32,000 bases of DNA from Candidatus Nitrosopumilus koreensis AR1 (GTDB lineage: Archaea > Thermoproteota > Nitrososphaeria > Nitrososphaerales > Nitrosopumilaceae): the NCBI RefSeq assembly GCF_000299365.1, contig NC_018655.1, positions 1,410,001 through 1,442,000 on the forward strand, in the 5' to 3' direction. Made by a program: the position numbers and the translations under genes. The notes under the pieces are model-generated. The model had not been told where the DNA came from and did no database searches. It saw only the letters and a program-made list of their open reading frames with translations. Below are positions 19,660 through 29,343 of this stretch, one piece after another. Each line of letters opens with the position of its first letter. Position 1 is the first letter of the stretch.

Positions 19660-20394
19660 ATGATGATTTCAGGTTGGAAAAAAGAATATTCGGATATTTT
19701 AAAAAAATTCAACTATGATCAGAAAAAAGACAAGGAATCAGCCATATTGTTAGATTCAATTCTCAAAAAATCAAAAGTTGATGAAAAAATTTACGATTTA
19801 ATATATGGGAAAACTGTGTTCGTAATAGGTTCTGGTCCTTCATTATCATTTGCAATTCCAAAACTAAGGAATCTAAAAAAAGGAACAAAAATTGTAGCAG
19901 ATAGTTCATTAAAACCACTGTTAGAAAATGGAATTATTCCAGAAATTGTTGTAACTGATTTGGATGGAGATGAGTCTTCATTAAGAAAAATTGCTAAAAA
20001 ATCCATCTTTGTTGTTCATGCACATGGCGATAACATTGAAAAATTAAGTTTATCAAAAGAATTCAAAAAATGCATAGGGACTACACAGACAAAACCATTT
20101 AACAAAATACAAAACTTTGGAGGATTTACAGACGGAGACAGAGGAGTGTTTCTAGCGAGTCATTATGGTGCAAAAAAAATTATTCTGTTTGGAATGGATT
20201 TTGGAAATAGAATAGGAAAATTTTCCAATACAAAAAAATCAGAAAGAAAAATAAAATTGATGAAGTTAAAAAAAGGAAGATCACTTTTGGAATGGCTTGC
20301 AACCAATACAAAATCTGAATTATTTACCACATCAATGCAGATCAAGGGATTCAAAAAAATATCATACAAAGACCTGAATACCATAATTACCTAG
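19660..20394 (+). CDS. DUF115 / MptE-like 6-hydroxymethylpterin diphosphokinase
   Basis: KTVFVIGSGPSLSFAIPKL, ADSSLKPLLENGIIPEIVVTDLDGD, HAHGDNIEKL, GGFTDGDRGVFLASHYGAKKIILFGMDFG. Divergently paired with folP. ATG at 19660/19663 preferred over the TTG at 19651. Confidence 0.82.
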   Translation: MMISGWKKEYSDILKKFNYDQKKDKESAILLDSILKKSKVDEKIYDLIYGKTVFVIGSGPSLSFAIPKLRNLKKGTKIVADSSLKPLLENGIIPEIVVTDLDGDESSLRKIAKKSIFVVHAHGDNIEKLSLSKEFKKCIGTTQTKPFNKIQNFGGFTDGDRGVFLASHYGAKKIILFGMDFGNRIGKFSNTKKSERKIKLMKLKKGRSLLEWLATNTKSELFTTSMQIKGFKKISYKDLNTIIT

Positions 20395-20429
20395 AATGCA
20401 TTTAATACCCATCTCCCATTTACTTAATT

Positions 20430-21002
20430 ATGAAATTTTCAGAGGAACAAATGAAGGGCATCATTACTTTGAAAGAAAGTTTGATCGAACAAGTCGATAA
20501 ACATCATGAAGCCATAAAGATTTTAGAAAAAGACATTACAATTTTGGATCTGTTTTTAAAAGAATCCAGCTTTACCAAAGCCTCACAATTAACACCCACA
20601 GAAAAAGTTGAACCTCAAGAATCAGTAGAGACAATCAAAGAAATAAAAAACTCAATTCCAATAAAACAAGGAAAAGATGGAAAAATTATTGCTAACGCAT
20701 TTGTTACTCCTGAACAAGTATCAATAGTGTTAGATGACAATATTGAGATTAACGTCGATACACCTCCTTTCAAATCATTTTTCCTAGACAGAATAATAGG
20801 AGAAATGAAGAAGAAAGACTCAGCAGATGTGGAGAATGGAAAAATACAAAGAGAATCAATAATTGATTATATCATTAACAAAAACGGTTCAGACATTAGA
20901 GAAATTATTATCAAAAACTATAGACAAAAAGAAAGAATCAATGAATTAATCAATACAGCAGGATGGTCATTATCAAGGATGCTAGAAAATATCAACAAGT
21001 GA
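20430..21002 (+). CDS. Hypothetical protein, N-terminal coiled-coil
   Basis: Intact 190-aa ORF immediately upstream of and co-directional with guaA; no family recognised. Confidence 0.6.
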   Translation: MKFSEEQMKGIITLKESLIEQVDKHHEAIKILEKDITILDLFLKESSFTKASQLTPTEKVEPQESVETIKEIKNSIPIKQGKDGKIIANAFVTPEQVSIVLDDNIEINVDTPPFKSFFLDRIIGEMKKKDSADVENGKIQRESIIDYIINKNGSDIREIIIKNYRQKERINELINTAGWSLSRMLENINK

Positions 21003-21006
21003 TTAT

Positions 21007-22530
21007 ATGGATAAGATTGTAGTTTTAGATTTTGGATCGCAGTATAGCCACTTAATTTGTAGAAGAATCAGAGAATTTTCAGTGTACGCTGAACTAGTTC
21101 CTTATGATATAAGTTATGAAGAGTTACAAAAACACAATCCGAAAGGAATAATTTTTTCAGGAGGGCCATCTAGTGTTTATAATTCGGATGCACCAGTTCC
21201 AGAAAATAAAATCTTTGAAATGAATTTACCATTACTTGGAATTTGTTATGGCCATCAACTAATTGTTAACAAATATGGTGGTAAAGTAAAAAGGGCAAAC
21301 AAAGAGTATGGCTCATCATTACTTACAATTGACAATGACAAAGATTTGCTAAATGGTATTGGTGAATCAGTTAGAGCATGGATGAGTCATGGTGATGAAG
21401 CAGAAGAAATTCCTCCAGGTTTTCAGGTTATAGGACACACTGAAAGTGCAAAAGCAGCAGCAATAGCATCATCTGAAAAATCTGTGTATGGAATTCAATT
21501 TCATCCGGAAGTTGTTCACACAGAACAAGGTACAGAGATTCTCAAGAATTTTGTTTTAAAAGTCTGTGGAGCAAAACAAGATTGGACCATGGAGGGTTTT
21601 ATTGATTCTGCAGTAGAAAAAATCTCAAAAATTGAAGGAAATGTACTTTGTGGGGTTAGTGGAGGCATAGATTCTACTGTAGCAGCATTGTTAATTCACA
21701 AAGCCATTGGAGACAGACTCAAGTGTGTTTTTGTAAATAATGGATTACTAAGATTAAATGAAGAAACAGAAATTGAAACAATGTTCAAAGATAATTTTAA
21801 CGTGAATTTTACATCAATTAATGCAGTAGACAAATTTCTTGGAAAACTCAAAGGAGTAGAAGACCCTGAGAAAAAGAGAAAGATTGTAGGAGAGGAATTC
21901 ATTAATGTTTTTACAGAATTTGCTGAAAAAAATGGCCCATTCAAATGGCTGGCACAAGGAACTCTTTATCCAGATGTAATTGAAAGTGGAGTTTCAAAAG
22001 GACCTGCAGATGTTATAAAATCACATCACAATGTAGGTGGATTACCTGACTGGCTTAATTTGGAAATTTTAGAACCGTTAAGAGAATTATACAAAGATGA
22101 AGTAAGAATGATTGCAAAAATTCTTGAAGTTCCAGAAAAACTTTTCATGAGACATCCATTCCCAGGTCCAGGATTAGCTGTTAGAATTATTGGAGAAGTT
22201 ACACCAACAAAGCTACAGATTGCCAAAGTTGCAAGTAAAATTGTAGAAGATGAATTAGTAGAAGCTGGCATATATGGAAAAGTATGGCAAGCCTATGCCG
22301 CAGTAGGAGATGACAGAGCAGTAGGAGTTGTTGGAGATGAACGCAGATATGGAAATATAGTAATGATCAGAGTTGTAGATTCAATTGACGCAATGACTGC
22401 AGATTGGACAAGATTACCACATGGACTTTTAGAAAAGATGAGTAACAGAATAACAAATGAAATTGAAGATGTAACATGGGTCACATATACAATTTCAAGT
22501 AAGCCTCCAGCAACAATTGAGCCCCAATAG
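21007..22530 (+). CDS. guaA: GMP synthase, glutamine-hydrolysing, fused form
   Basis: VVLDFGSQYSHLICRRIRE, GICYGHQLI, GIQFHPEVVHT, LCGVSGGIDSTVAALL, RHPFPGPGLAVRIIGEVT, C-terminal ISSKPPATIEPQ. Confidence 0.96.
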   Translation: MDKIVVLDFGSQYSHLICRRIREFSVYAELVPYDISYEELQKHNPKGIIFSGGPSSVYNSDAPVPENKIFEMNLPLLGICYGHQLIVNKYGGKVKRANKEYGSSLLTIDNDKDLLNGIGESVRAWMSHGDEAEEIPPGFQVIGHTESAKAAAIASSEKSVYGIQFHPEVVHTEQGTEILKNFVLKVCGAKQDWTMEGFIDSAVEKISKIEGNVLCGVSGGIDSTVAALLIHKAIGDRLKCVFVNNGLLRLNEETEIETMFKDNFNVNFTSINAVDKFLGKLKGVEDPEKKRKIVGEEFINVFTEFAEKNGPFKWLAQGTLYPDVIESGVSKGPADVIKSHHNVGGLPDWLNLEILEPLRELYKDEVRMIAKILEVPEKLFMRHPFPGPGLAVRIIGEVTPTKLQIAKVASKIVEDELVEAGIYGKVWQAYAAVGDDRAVGVVGDERRYGNIVMIRVVDSIDAMTADWTRLPHGLLEKMSNRITNEIEDVTWVTYTISSKPPATIEPQ

Positions 22531-22893
22531 GTGAAAAATTTGGAATATGAAAAAATTTGTGATGAAATTTTAGAGTGTGATAAAAAAATCAGATATGTTG
22601 GAGTGTATGATTATGGCGAATTACATGACAAAATGCGTACAGGGACAGATAGTTATCTATCAAAAGAAGAAACAGAATTATCTTTATCTCAAGCAGTCTA
22701 TCGCTGGTCAACACGTAAAAAAATATCAGATAAAATTGGGAAACCAGTTTTTGCATTAGCGAAATATGAAAAGATCTATAGAGTAACAATTCCTATTGGT
22801 GGTGCTGGATTAATTTTGATTAGTGCAGAATTAGATGCAGATGTAAATGGGATAGTAGAAAAAATTTTAAAAATCAAAAATAAATACTCGTAA
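22531..22893 (+). CDS. Conserved hypothetical protein, DUF6659-like
   Basis: 120 aa; GTG start directly after the guaA stop; LHDKMRTGTDSYLS, YRWSTRKKISDKIGKPVFALAKYEKIYRVTIPI. Confidence 0.6.
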   Translation: MKNLEYEKICDEILECDKKIRYVGVYDYGELHDKMRTGTDSYLSKEETELSLSQAVYRWSTRKKISDKIGKPVFALAKYEKIYRVTIPIGGAGLILISAELDADVNGIVEKILKIKNKYS

Positions 22894-22898
22894 TATTT

Positions 22899-23168
22899 GT
22901 GATGAATATGGATTTTCATGTCTTTGATACATATGTTAAAGCAAAAGATGGCCATACAATGCATTTTGATGTAGTTACTGATAACAGCAATGTAGAAAAA
23001 GCAATTTCCTTTGCAAAAGAATGGCTCAATACAATTGGAGAAGGGGATTCCAAAGTTACAACTGAAGAATGTAAATTTTGTCACACACAATCTGTTCCTG
23101 AAGACATTGAAATTGAGATAATGACTAACGGTTATTTCATTTCAAAGATGGAAGGATGTCCTGAATAA
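22899..23168 (+). CDS. DUF2024 family protein
   Basis: FHVFDTYVKAKDGHTMHFDVVTDNSNVEKAISFAKEWL...CKFCHTQ. Confidence 0.65.
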   Translation: MMNMDFHVFDTYVKAKDGHTMHFDVVTDNSNVEKAISFAKEWLNTIGEGDSKVTTEECKFCHTQSVPEDIEIEIMTNGYFISKMEGCPE

Positions 23169-24038
23169 TTAATTGAGTAAAGCAGCACCATAGACGCCAG
23201 CAGAATCACCTAATTTATTTTTCAAAATAGGAGTATCAACTAAATCTGAAAATACTTTTTCATAAACTGATTTTTTTCCTTCTGTGTACAAGAAATCAAT
23301 ATTTGATAAGCCGCCTCCAAGAACAATTGCATCGGGATCCAAGATATCAATAACATTTGCTAGTCCAAATCCAAAATTCTCCAAAAACTCATTTTTCCAT
23401 TTTTGAGCAACATCACCATCAATATTAGAAAGGATTTCAGGCATGGATTTTTTTTCTCCTGTCATGATTTCCCATCTTTTCTCCAATGCTGGACCGCTAA
23501 TGTAGGTCTCCACACAACCAGTTTTTCCACAATAACACGGATTTCCATTACGATGTAAAGTATGATGTCCCCATTCTCCTGCAATGTTGGTTCTTCCTGA
23601 ATGAAGTTTTCCATTAATAGAAATCCCGCCACCAACACCAGTTCCCATTATTACACCAAAAACAGAAGCAAACTTTTTTGCCGCACCCAGTTTAGATTCG
23701 GCCATTACAAAACAATTTGCATCATTTTCCATAGAGATTTTTTTGTGTAGTTTTTCTTCTAGATCTTCTTTTAGAGGTTTTCCAATTAGACATTGAGTGT
23801 TGCTGTTTTTTATCAATCCAGTTTGTTTTGAAATTGCTCCAGGAGTGCAAATCCCTAAAGAAAAATCTGAAACATCACTTGTGATTTCTGAAACTAGATT
23901 TGAAATTGTATCAATTATTTTATGATAATTTTCTTGTGGAGTAGGAACTCTTTTTCTTTCTAAAACATATAATGAATCATCTAGTAAAATTGCTTCAATC
24001 TTTGTTCCACCTAAATCAACACCTAATTTGTACAACAA
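23169..24038 (-). CDS. ROK family sugar kinase / glucokinase-like
   Basis: LYKLGVDLGGTKIEAILLDD, LGICTPGAIS, NDANCFVMAES, GTGVGGGISINGKLHSG, GHHTLHRNGNPCYCGKTGCVETYISG. Start taken as TTG near 24035-24038; the track extension to 24128 overlaps the thermosome gene. Confidence 0.88.
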   Translation of the reverse strand: MLYKLGVDLGGTKIEAILLDDSLYVLERKRVPTPQENYHKIIDTISNLVSEITSDVSDFSLGICTPGAISKQTGLIKNSNTQCLIGKPLKEDLEEKLHKKISMENDANCFVMAESKLGAAKKFASVFGVIMGTGVGGGISINGKLHSGRTNIAGEWGHHTLHRNGNPCYCGKTGCVETYISGPALEKRWEIMTGEKKSMPEILSNIDGDVAQKWKNEFLENFGFGLANVIDILDPDAIVLGGGLSNIDFLYTEGKKSVYEKVFSDLVDTPILKNKLGDSAGVYGAALLN

Positions 24039-24075
24039 TGATTTAAGAAGATTAGAATGCTTAAGTTTTAATTGA

Positions 24076-25701
24076 TTATCCCATTGGAGGCATGCCACCG
24101 GCACCGCCTGATCCACCAGATACTGCAATTACATCATCAATTCTAAGAATCATACATGCTGCTTCTGTTGCAGATTTGATAATCTGTTCTTTAACAGCAA
24201 CTGGTTCTACAACATCAATAGAAAGCATATCTGCAATCTTTGTGTTTTTAGCGTCAATACCAGTCCACTTGCGACCTTGATTTTGTTTTGCTCTCAAGTT
24301 AGCCATTGTATCAATTGGATCCATTCCTGCATTTTCAGCAATTGTTAATGGAATCACCTCTAATGCTTCAGCATATTTCTTAATTGCAAGTTGTTCTCGT
24401 CCGTCAAAATTATCAGCCCAATCCTTGAGTTGTGAGGCTGCAAATGCTTCTGGTGCACCTCCACCTGCCACAATCTCTGGTTTTTCAATTACATCTTTTA
24501 CTACCATAAGAGAGTCATGTATAGAGCGGTCAACTTCATCAATTACTCTTTGAGAACCACCGCGAATCAACATTGTTACAGATTGTGGATGTTTGCATCC
24601 TTCTATGAATACCCATTTATCAGATTCAACTTTCTTTTGGTGAACCAAATTAGCAGAACCTAGATCTTTTTCAGATAGATCATCAATGTTGCTAATTACA
24701 CGACCGCCAGTAGCTTTTCCTAGTTTAATCATATCACTTTCTTTTACACGTCGTACTGCCATGATTCCGTTTTTGGCAAGATAATGTTGTGCAATATCAT
24801 CAATTCCTTTTTGGCAGATTAAGACATTAACTCCAATATCATGTAGTTTGTCAACCATTGCCTTTAACATTCTATTTTCTTCTTCCAAGAACATCTGCAT
24901 TTGAGTTGGATCTGAAATTCTAATTTCAGAACTCATTTCAGTTTTTTCAATTTCAAGTGCAGAGTTAAGTAAAGCAATTTGTGCCTTGTCAATTTTGGTA
25001 GGCATTCCACTATGGACAATTTCTTTATCTAAAACAATTCCTTTAACAATTTGTGTGTCTTGGATTGAACCACCAGATTTCTTTTCGACCTTGATATTTT
25101 CAAGATCAACAGAATAATCTTCACCTTTCTTAGTAACAATACTAAGAATGGCATCAACTACAATTTTTGATAGTATGTCACTATCTTCTGAAATTAATTT
25201 AGACTGCATACTTGTTGTAGCAATTTTAATGAGTGATTCTCTATCATCAGGTTTGATTTTCTTTGATAATTCAGAGTAAATTTCAAGAGTTTTTTCTGCT
25301 GCTGCTTGATAACCGTCAATAATTGTTGAGGAATGAACATCTTTTTTGAGAAGTTCTTCAGCTTTAGCTAAAAGTGTACCTCCAAAAATGACAGAAGAAG
25401 TTGTACCGTCACCAACTTCATTATCAACGGTTTTTGAAATCTCAACCATCATTTTGGCTGCTGGATGTTGAACATCAATTTCTTTGAGAATTGTTGCACC
25501 ATCATTTGTTATAGTAACATCACCTAAAGAATCAACTAACATTTTATCAAGGCCTCTAGGCCCAAGACTGCTTTTTACTAATTCTGCAACTAATTTTGCT
25601 GCTGCAATATTGTTTTGTTGAGCATCCTTACCTTTTTGTTGTAACGCACTCTCTTTGAGTACCAAAACAGGTCCATTTGGTCCTTGTTGAATTGATGCCA
25701 T
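24076..25701 (-). CDS. ths: Thermosome (group II chaperonin) subunit
   Basis: [77 protein letters not shown] tail. Confidence 0.96.
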   Translation of the reverse strand: MASIQQGPNGPVLVLKESALQQKGKDAQQNNIAAAKLVAELVKSSLGPRGLDKMLVDSLGDVTITNDGATILKEIDVQHPAAKMMVEISKTVDNEVGDGTTSSVIFGGTLLAKAEELLKKDVHSSTIIDGYQAAAEKTLEIYSELSKKIKPDDRESLIKIATTSMQSKLISEDSDILSKIVVDAILSIVTKKGEDYSVDLENIKVEKKSGGSIQDTQIVKGIVLDKEIVHSGMPTKIDKAQIALLNSALEIEKTEMSSEIRISDPTQMQMFLEEENRMLKAMVDKLHDIGVNVLICQKGIDDIAQHYLAKNGIMAVRRVKESDMIKLGKATGGRVISNIDDLSEKDLGSANLVHQKKVESDKWVFIEGCKHPQSVTMLIRGGSQRVIDEVDRSIHDSLMVVKDVIEKPEIVAGGGAPEAFAASQLKDWADNFDGREQLAIKKYAEALEVIPLTIAENAGMDPIDTMANLRAKQNQGRKWTGIDAKNTKIADMLSIDVVEPVAVKEQIIKSATEAACMILRIDDVIAVSGGSGGAGGMPPMG

Positions 25702-25745
25702 TTAGATTCAGCTTCAATCCGCTGAATCCCCCTTTTTAACATTAC

Positions 25746-27530
25746 TTAGTTGATCGGTGAGATGTAGCTTCGGTTTTTCACATCAACAATACCTCCTGAA
25801 AGAATTCTAACAGAAGGTAAGGCCAAGAAAGGCAAGAATAACGGTATTAGATGAGGTCTGGAAAATTTACATCCAGAATCAACAAGAGAATTGTTGATAT
25901 TTTCAAAATTAGTTGAAACTTTTTCAAAAGAATCTGTTGAAACAATACCTGCAAATTGCAAAGGCAACGAAGCAATAACCTTACCAGATTTTACTACAAC
26001 AAGACCTCCTTGATTTTTAATTATATGATTTGAGGCAAATGCCATATCAGAATCATTTGAACCAATGACAATCATATCATTTTCATGAAAACTCCAAGTT
26101 GACGCAAACGCTCCAATATCAGCTCCAAAATTTTCAAGAAAGCCGATAGAATGCCTATTTGTTCCACAAGTTCTATCAAAAGCTGCAACTTTCCATATAT
26201 CAGAATCTAAAGATGCGGAAACTAGATTATCTTTTGATTGGAGTTGAGACGAATTCAGTTTTGTAATAATTTCTGTTTGCATAAAAATAGTATTTGCCAT
26301 AACATCTTTCTTTTTAGATTTTATTTGAAAATCATCTTTTGAGAATTTCTTGAGTTTGACAGTGTTTTTGATCCAAGAAGGTATTACTTTTTTCTTTATT
26401 GGAGAAACAACTTTTCCGTTTGACACTACAAGTTTTCCTCCTACAAACACGGTTTTAGGTTTGAAGGATTTCAAATCATCGAAAATCAAAATATCAGCCA
26501 ACTTACCAGGTGCAATTCCACCTAGATCTTTTCCCATGTTATAATAGTCAAAGTTGTTTTTTGATGCCATAGCTACTGCATCAATTGGATCTAAGCCAAG
26601 TTTGATTGATTCACGAATACAATGATCAATATGGCCAAATTTTGAAATATCGTTTGGATCAAGGCCATCTGAACAAAACATCAATCGGTTAAGATACGTC
26701 CCATGAGATAAAACTCGTGGGATAATTTCTTTCAAATCACGTCTAATAGAACCTTCTCGGATCATGATCCACATTCCAAGACGTAATCTCTCTAACACTT
26801 GATCAAAATTAATTGGTTCATGACAAGAAAGAATCCCAGATGAAACATATGCATTGAGTTTTTTTTCACTTGCACCCGCAGTATGACCGTTAATTATGCA
26901 ATCACATTCCAACATTGTTGAAAGGGATTTCATTGTTTTTGGTTCGCGAAGAGTAACTTTTGTCCAAGAAAAAACTTCACCCATTCCAAGAACATGAGGA
27001 TGTTTTATTGCGGCCTTTTCTTGGGACAGAGTAAGAGTCTTACTGTTACTAAATTTTGCATCAACAGGTAATCCACCAGGTACAACTTGGAAAATCCTTA
27101 CAGGAAGATCTTCCCCTAGTTTTAAAAATTCTTGAAAGCCCTTGTATCCTGCTACACTAACAACATCAATAGGATCAGAAAAAAGTGAGGTTACACCACA
27201 AAGAATAGCTTGTTTTGCAAATTCTGATGGAAGAACAAATTGATCAATATGTAGATGTGGATCTGCAAATCCAGGACTAACATACTTGTTTTTAATATCA
27301 ATGACTTTAGTTTTAGGACCTTGTGCATGTGTTGCATCGGGCCCAACATATGCAATTCTATCACCAGTTATTGCAATTTGAGTTTTAGGGATAATTTCTC
27401 TTGTATAAACAGACAATAAGTTACAGTTTTTTAAAACAAGATCTGCCTTTTTTTCACCCATAGATACAGAATTCAAGGATGAGATCGAATTTGCTAGGCT
27501 CGAAGTCACAATTTTGGATGGGTTTTGCAC
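25746..27530 (-). CDS. ade: Adenine deaminase
   Basis: 594 aa amidohydrolase: YVSPGFADPHLHID, GMGEVFSW, INGHTAGASEKKLNAYVSSGILSCHEP, FCSDGLDPNDI, ASKNNFDYYNMGKDLGGIAPGKLADIL. Confidence 0.88.
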   Translation of the reverse strand: MQNPSKIVTSSLANSISSLNSVSMGEKKADLVLKNCNLLSVYTREIIPKTQIAITGDRIAYVGPDATHAQGPKTKVIDIKNKYVSPGFADPHLHIDQFVLPSEFAKQAILCGVTSLFSDPIDVVSVAGYKGFQEFLKLGEDLPVRIFQVVPGGLPVDAKFSNSKTLTLSQEKAAIKHPHVLGMGEVFSWTKVTLREPKTMKSLSTMLECDCIINGHTAGASEKKLNAYVSSGILSCHEPINFDQVLERLRLGMWIMIREGSIRRDLKEIIPRVLSHGTYLNRLMFCSDGLDPNDISKFGHIDHCIRESIKLGLDPIDAVAMASKNNFDYYNMGKDLGGIAPGKLADILIFDDLKSFKPKTVFVGGKLVVSNGKVVSPIKKKVIPSWIKNTVKLKKFSKDDFQIKSKKKDVMANTIFMQTEIITKLNSSQLQSKDNLVSASLDSDIWKVAAFDRTCGTNRHSIGFLENFGADIGAFASTWSFHENDMIVIGSNDSDMAFASNHIIKNQGGLVVVKSGKVIASLPLQFAGIVSTDSFEKVSTNFENINNSLVDSGCKFSRPHLIPLFLPFLALPSVRILSGGIVDVKNRSYISPIN

Positions 27531-27578
27531 CTATTATAGATTCAATGCTTAAATTACGGTTGAGAAGGTTTTGTTGGT

Positions 27579-27860
27579 ATGAACATACCAAAGGTGATCC
27601 GAAAGTATTGTGCAAAATGTAAGACACATACTGAACAGAAGGTCTCCATTTACAAGGCTGGAAAAAGGCGTGGTTCTGCAAGAGGTGAACGCAGACATGC
27701 TGAGCGTAAACATGGGTATGGTGGGCAAAAATTCCCAAAACTAGCAAAGCCAGCCAAAGTTACAAAGAAAGTTACTCCTATTATGACATGTACCGTATGT
27801 AAAAAGAAATACAATAAACTAGGTGTAAGAATTAAGAAATTTGAGTTGGTGGCAGCATGA
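27579..27860 (+). CDS. rpl44e: Ribosomal protein eL42 (L44e)
   Basis: MNIPKVIRKYCAKCKTHTEQKVSIYKAGKRRG...RKHGYGGQKFPKLAKPAKVTKKVTPIMTCTVCKKK. Confidence 0.93.
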   Translation: MNIPKVIRKYCAKCKTHTEQKVSIYKAGKRRGSARGERRHAERKHGYGGQKFPKLAKPAKVTKKVTPIMTCTVCKKKYNKLGVRIKKFELVAA

Positions 27861-28054
27861 AAAAAGATCACATTGAGATTCCAAAACCATCAAGTAAATT
27901 CCAAAAAATTAATTGTAATGAATGTGGCGAACTGCAAATAGTTTATTCCCATGCATCAACACAAATTGCATGCAATTCATGTGGAAACACAATTGCAGAA
28001 GCAACAGGTTCTAAAGCAAAAATTAATGGTAAAATCTCAGGCAGTGCTGAGTAA
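27857..28054 (+). CDS. rps27e: Ribosomal protein eS27
   Basis: IPKPSSKFQKINCNECGELQIVYSHASTQIACNSCGNTIAEATGSKAKI; ATGA overlap with rpl44e. Confidence 0.92.
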   Translation: MKKDHIEIPKPSSKFQKINCNECGELQIVYSHASTQIACNSCGNTIAEATGSKAKINGKISGSAE

Positions 28055-28621
28055 ATCATAATCTTGTTTAGTATTTAGATTAAGTGCAATTCTTTTATCA
28101 TCAAGTATTATGTAATTTTCTTCTAAATTTTCAAGTGAATTAATTTTTTTAGAATTTATCAATGAAATTCCTGTAAAATGACATTTTTGTTCATTATGAG
28201 TTATTGAATAATTAGATTGAATTCCAATGGATGTTAGTAGTTTATCAGTAACAAGAACACTTGTCCAAATTTTTTGGGGATCATACTGGTTTACAATTGT
28301 TTGAATGACTTTCTTGTCTAACAAGGGCATGTCACCAGATGTGACTAAAATTGAATCATTGAATTTTTGTAATGCCAAATTTAGATCTTCAACATAACCT
28401 ATTCCAGAAGTATCAAAAATTTCAATATTATTTTCTTCTAGTAATTTTTTTGTTTTAGGTGAATTTGGACTAGTAACTGCAACAATTTTAGAAAAACAGT
28501 TTGAATTTTTTAATGAATCAATGACATGAAGAACAATGGGCTTTTTGTATTCTAGTAATAATTTTTCATTATCTAAATTCATGCGAGTGCCTTTGCCACC
28601 TGCCATAACAATGCCAATCAT
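28037..28621 (-). CDS. cobY: Nucleotidyltransferase, probable CobY GTP:adenosylcobinamide-phosphate guanylyltransferase
   Basis: IGIVMAGGKGTRMNLDNEKLLLEYKKP, VTSGDMPLLDKKVI; adjacent to cobS. Confidence 0.78.
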   Translation of the reverse strand: MIGIVMAGGKGTRMNLDNEKLLLEYKKPIVLHVIDSLKNSNCFSKIVAVTSPNSPKTKKLLEENNIEIFDTSGIGYVEDLNLALQKFNDSILVTSGDMPLLDKKVIQTIVNQYDPQKIWTSVLVTDKLLTSIGIQSNYSITHNEQKCHFTGISLINSKKINSLENLEENYIILDDKRIALNLNTKQDYDLLSTA

Positions 28622-29343
28622 ATTGATACAAACACCATCAAGGAAGCTAATCTTGTAAGTTCATTTGTAGCACCAATTACATCTCCAGTTATTCCACCAA
28701 AACTTCGAGTAGATATTCCCAACAGGAATAATGTCAAAGTGACTGTAACTCCAAGCATTATCAATCCAGTAGTCTCACCAATTACCACCACAGGAATAAG
28801 CATGATGATAAAAGCGGCACCTAATTTTTTCTTGTCTTTCATAATATGTACAAAGGGAGAACTTGAGCCCGATATAGCAGAGTTGCCCAAACTTGCCATA
28901 AGCACCATGGAAAATTTGGCTAGAATTTCACTGATCAGAACTGCCTTAAACAAATCAAATCCGCTAGTAAGGGATATTGTGACAATCAACCCAACAAGAT
29001 ACAAAACAAGTCCTACAATTCCAGCTGAACCAGTAGATAGATCTTTCATTGCTTTGATTTTTTTTTCTTTTGTTCCTTTTACCATAAGTCCATCTGCAAA
29101 ATCAGCTAATCCATCAGCATGATGTATACCAGTAACAATTGCAATAGATGCAACAACTAACAAACTAACAAGCAGTGGATCTAAAAAGAAAGACAAGCCA
29201 AATCCAATTGAACCAATTAAAAGTCCAATTGCAATTCCAACAATAGGAAAAACGTACATGTATTTTGCAATGTTTTCTAAAGTTGCACTTGATGAAGGAA
29301 ATATTGTCAAGAAAGAAAAGACATAACCTATTTCCTTAAGCAT
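28618..29343 (-). CDS. cobS: Adenosylcobinamide-GDP ribazoletransferase
   Basis: MLKEIGYVFSFLTIFP, TGIHHADGLADFADGLMVKG, multiple TM segments. Start placed at 29343 (MLKEIG). Confidence 0.86.
   Translation of the reverse strand: MLKEIGYVFSFLTIFPSSSATLENIAKYMYVFPIVGIAIGLLIGSIGFGLSFFLDPLLVSLLVVASIAIVTGIHHADGLADFADGLMVKGTKEKKIKAMKDLSTGSAGIVGLVLYLVGLIVTISLTSGFDLFKAVLISEILAKFSMVLMASLGNSAISGSSSPFVHIMKDKKKLGAAFIIMLIPVVVIGETTGLIMLGVTVTLTLFLLGISTRSFGGITGDVIGATNELTRLASLMVFVSI

Noticed and set aside
24039-24128. Extended N-terminus of the ROK kinase overlapping the thermosome gene
   Set aside because: The conserved kinase start (LYKLGVDLGGTK) fits a TTG start near 24035-24038, just after the thermosome stop.
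25601-25660. Low-complexity Q-rich stretch at the thermosome N-terminus as a possible repeat element
   Set aside because: It encodes the normal thermosome N-terminal residues ([19 protein letters not shown]) and is not repeated elsewhere in the window.
27454-27747. 97-aa minus-strand ORF between ade and rpl44e
   Set aside because: It overlaps both the ade start and the strongly supported ribosomal protein gene; its His/Cys-rich composition comes from reading rpl44e in antisense.
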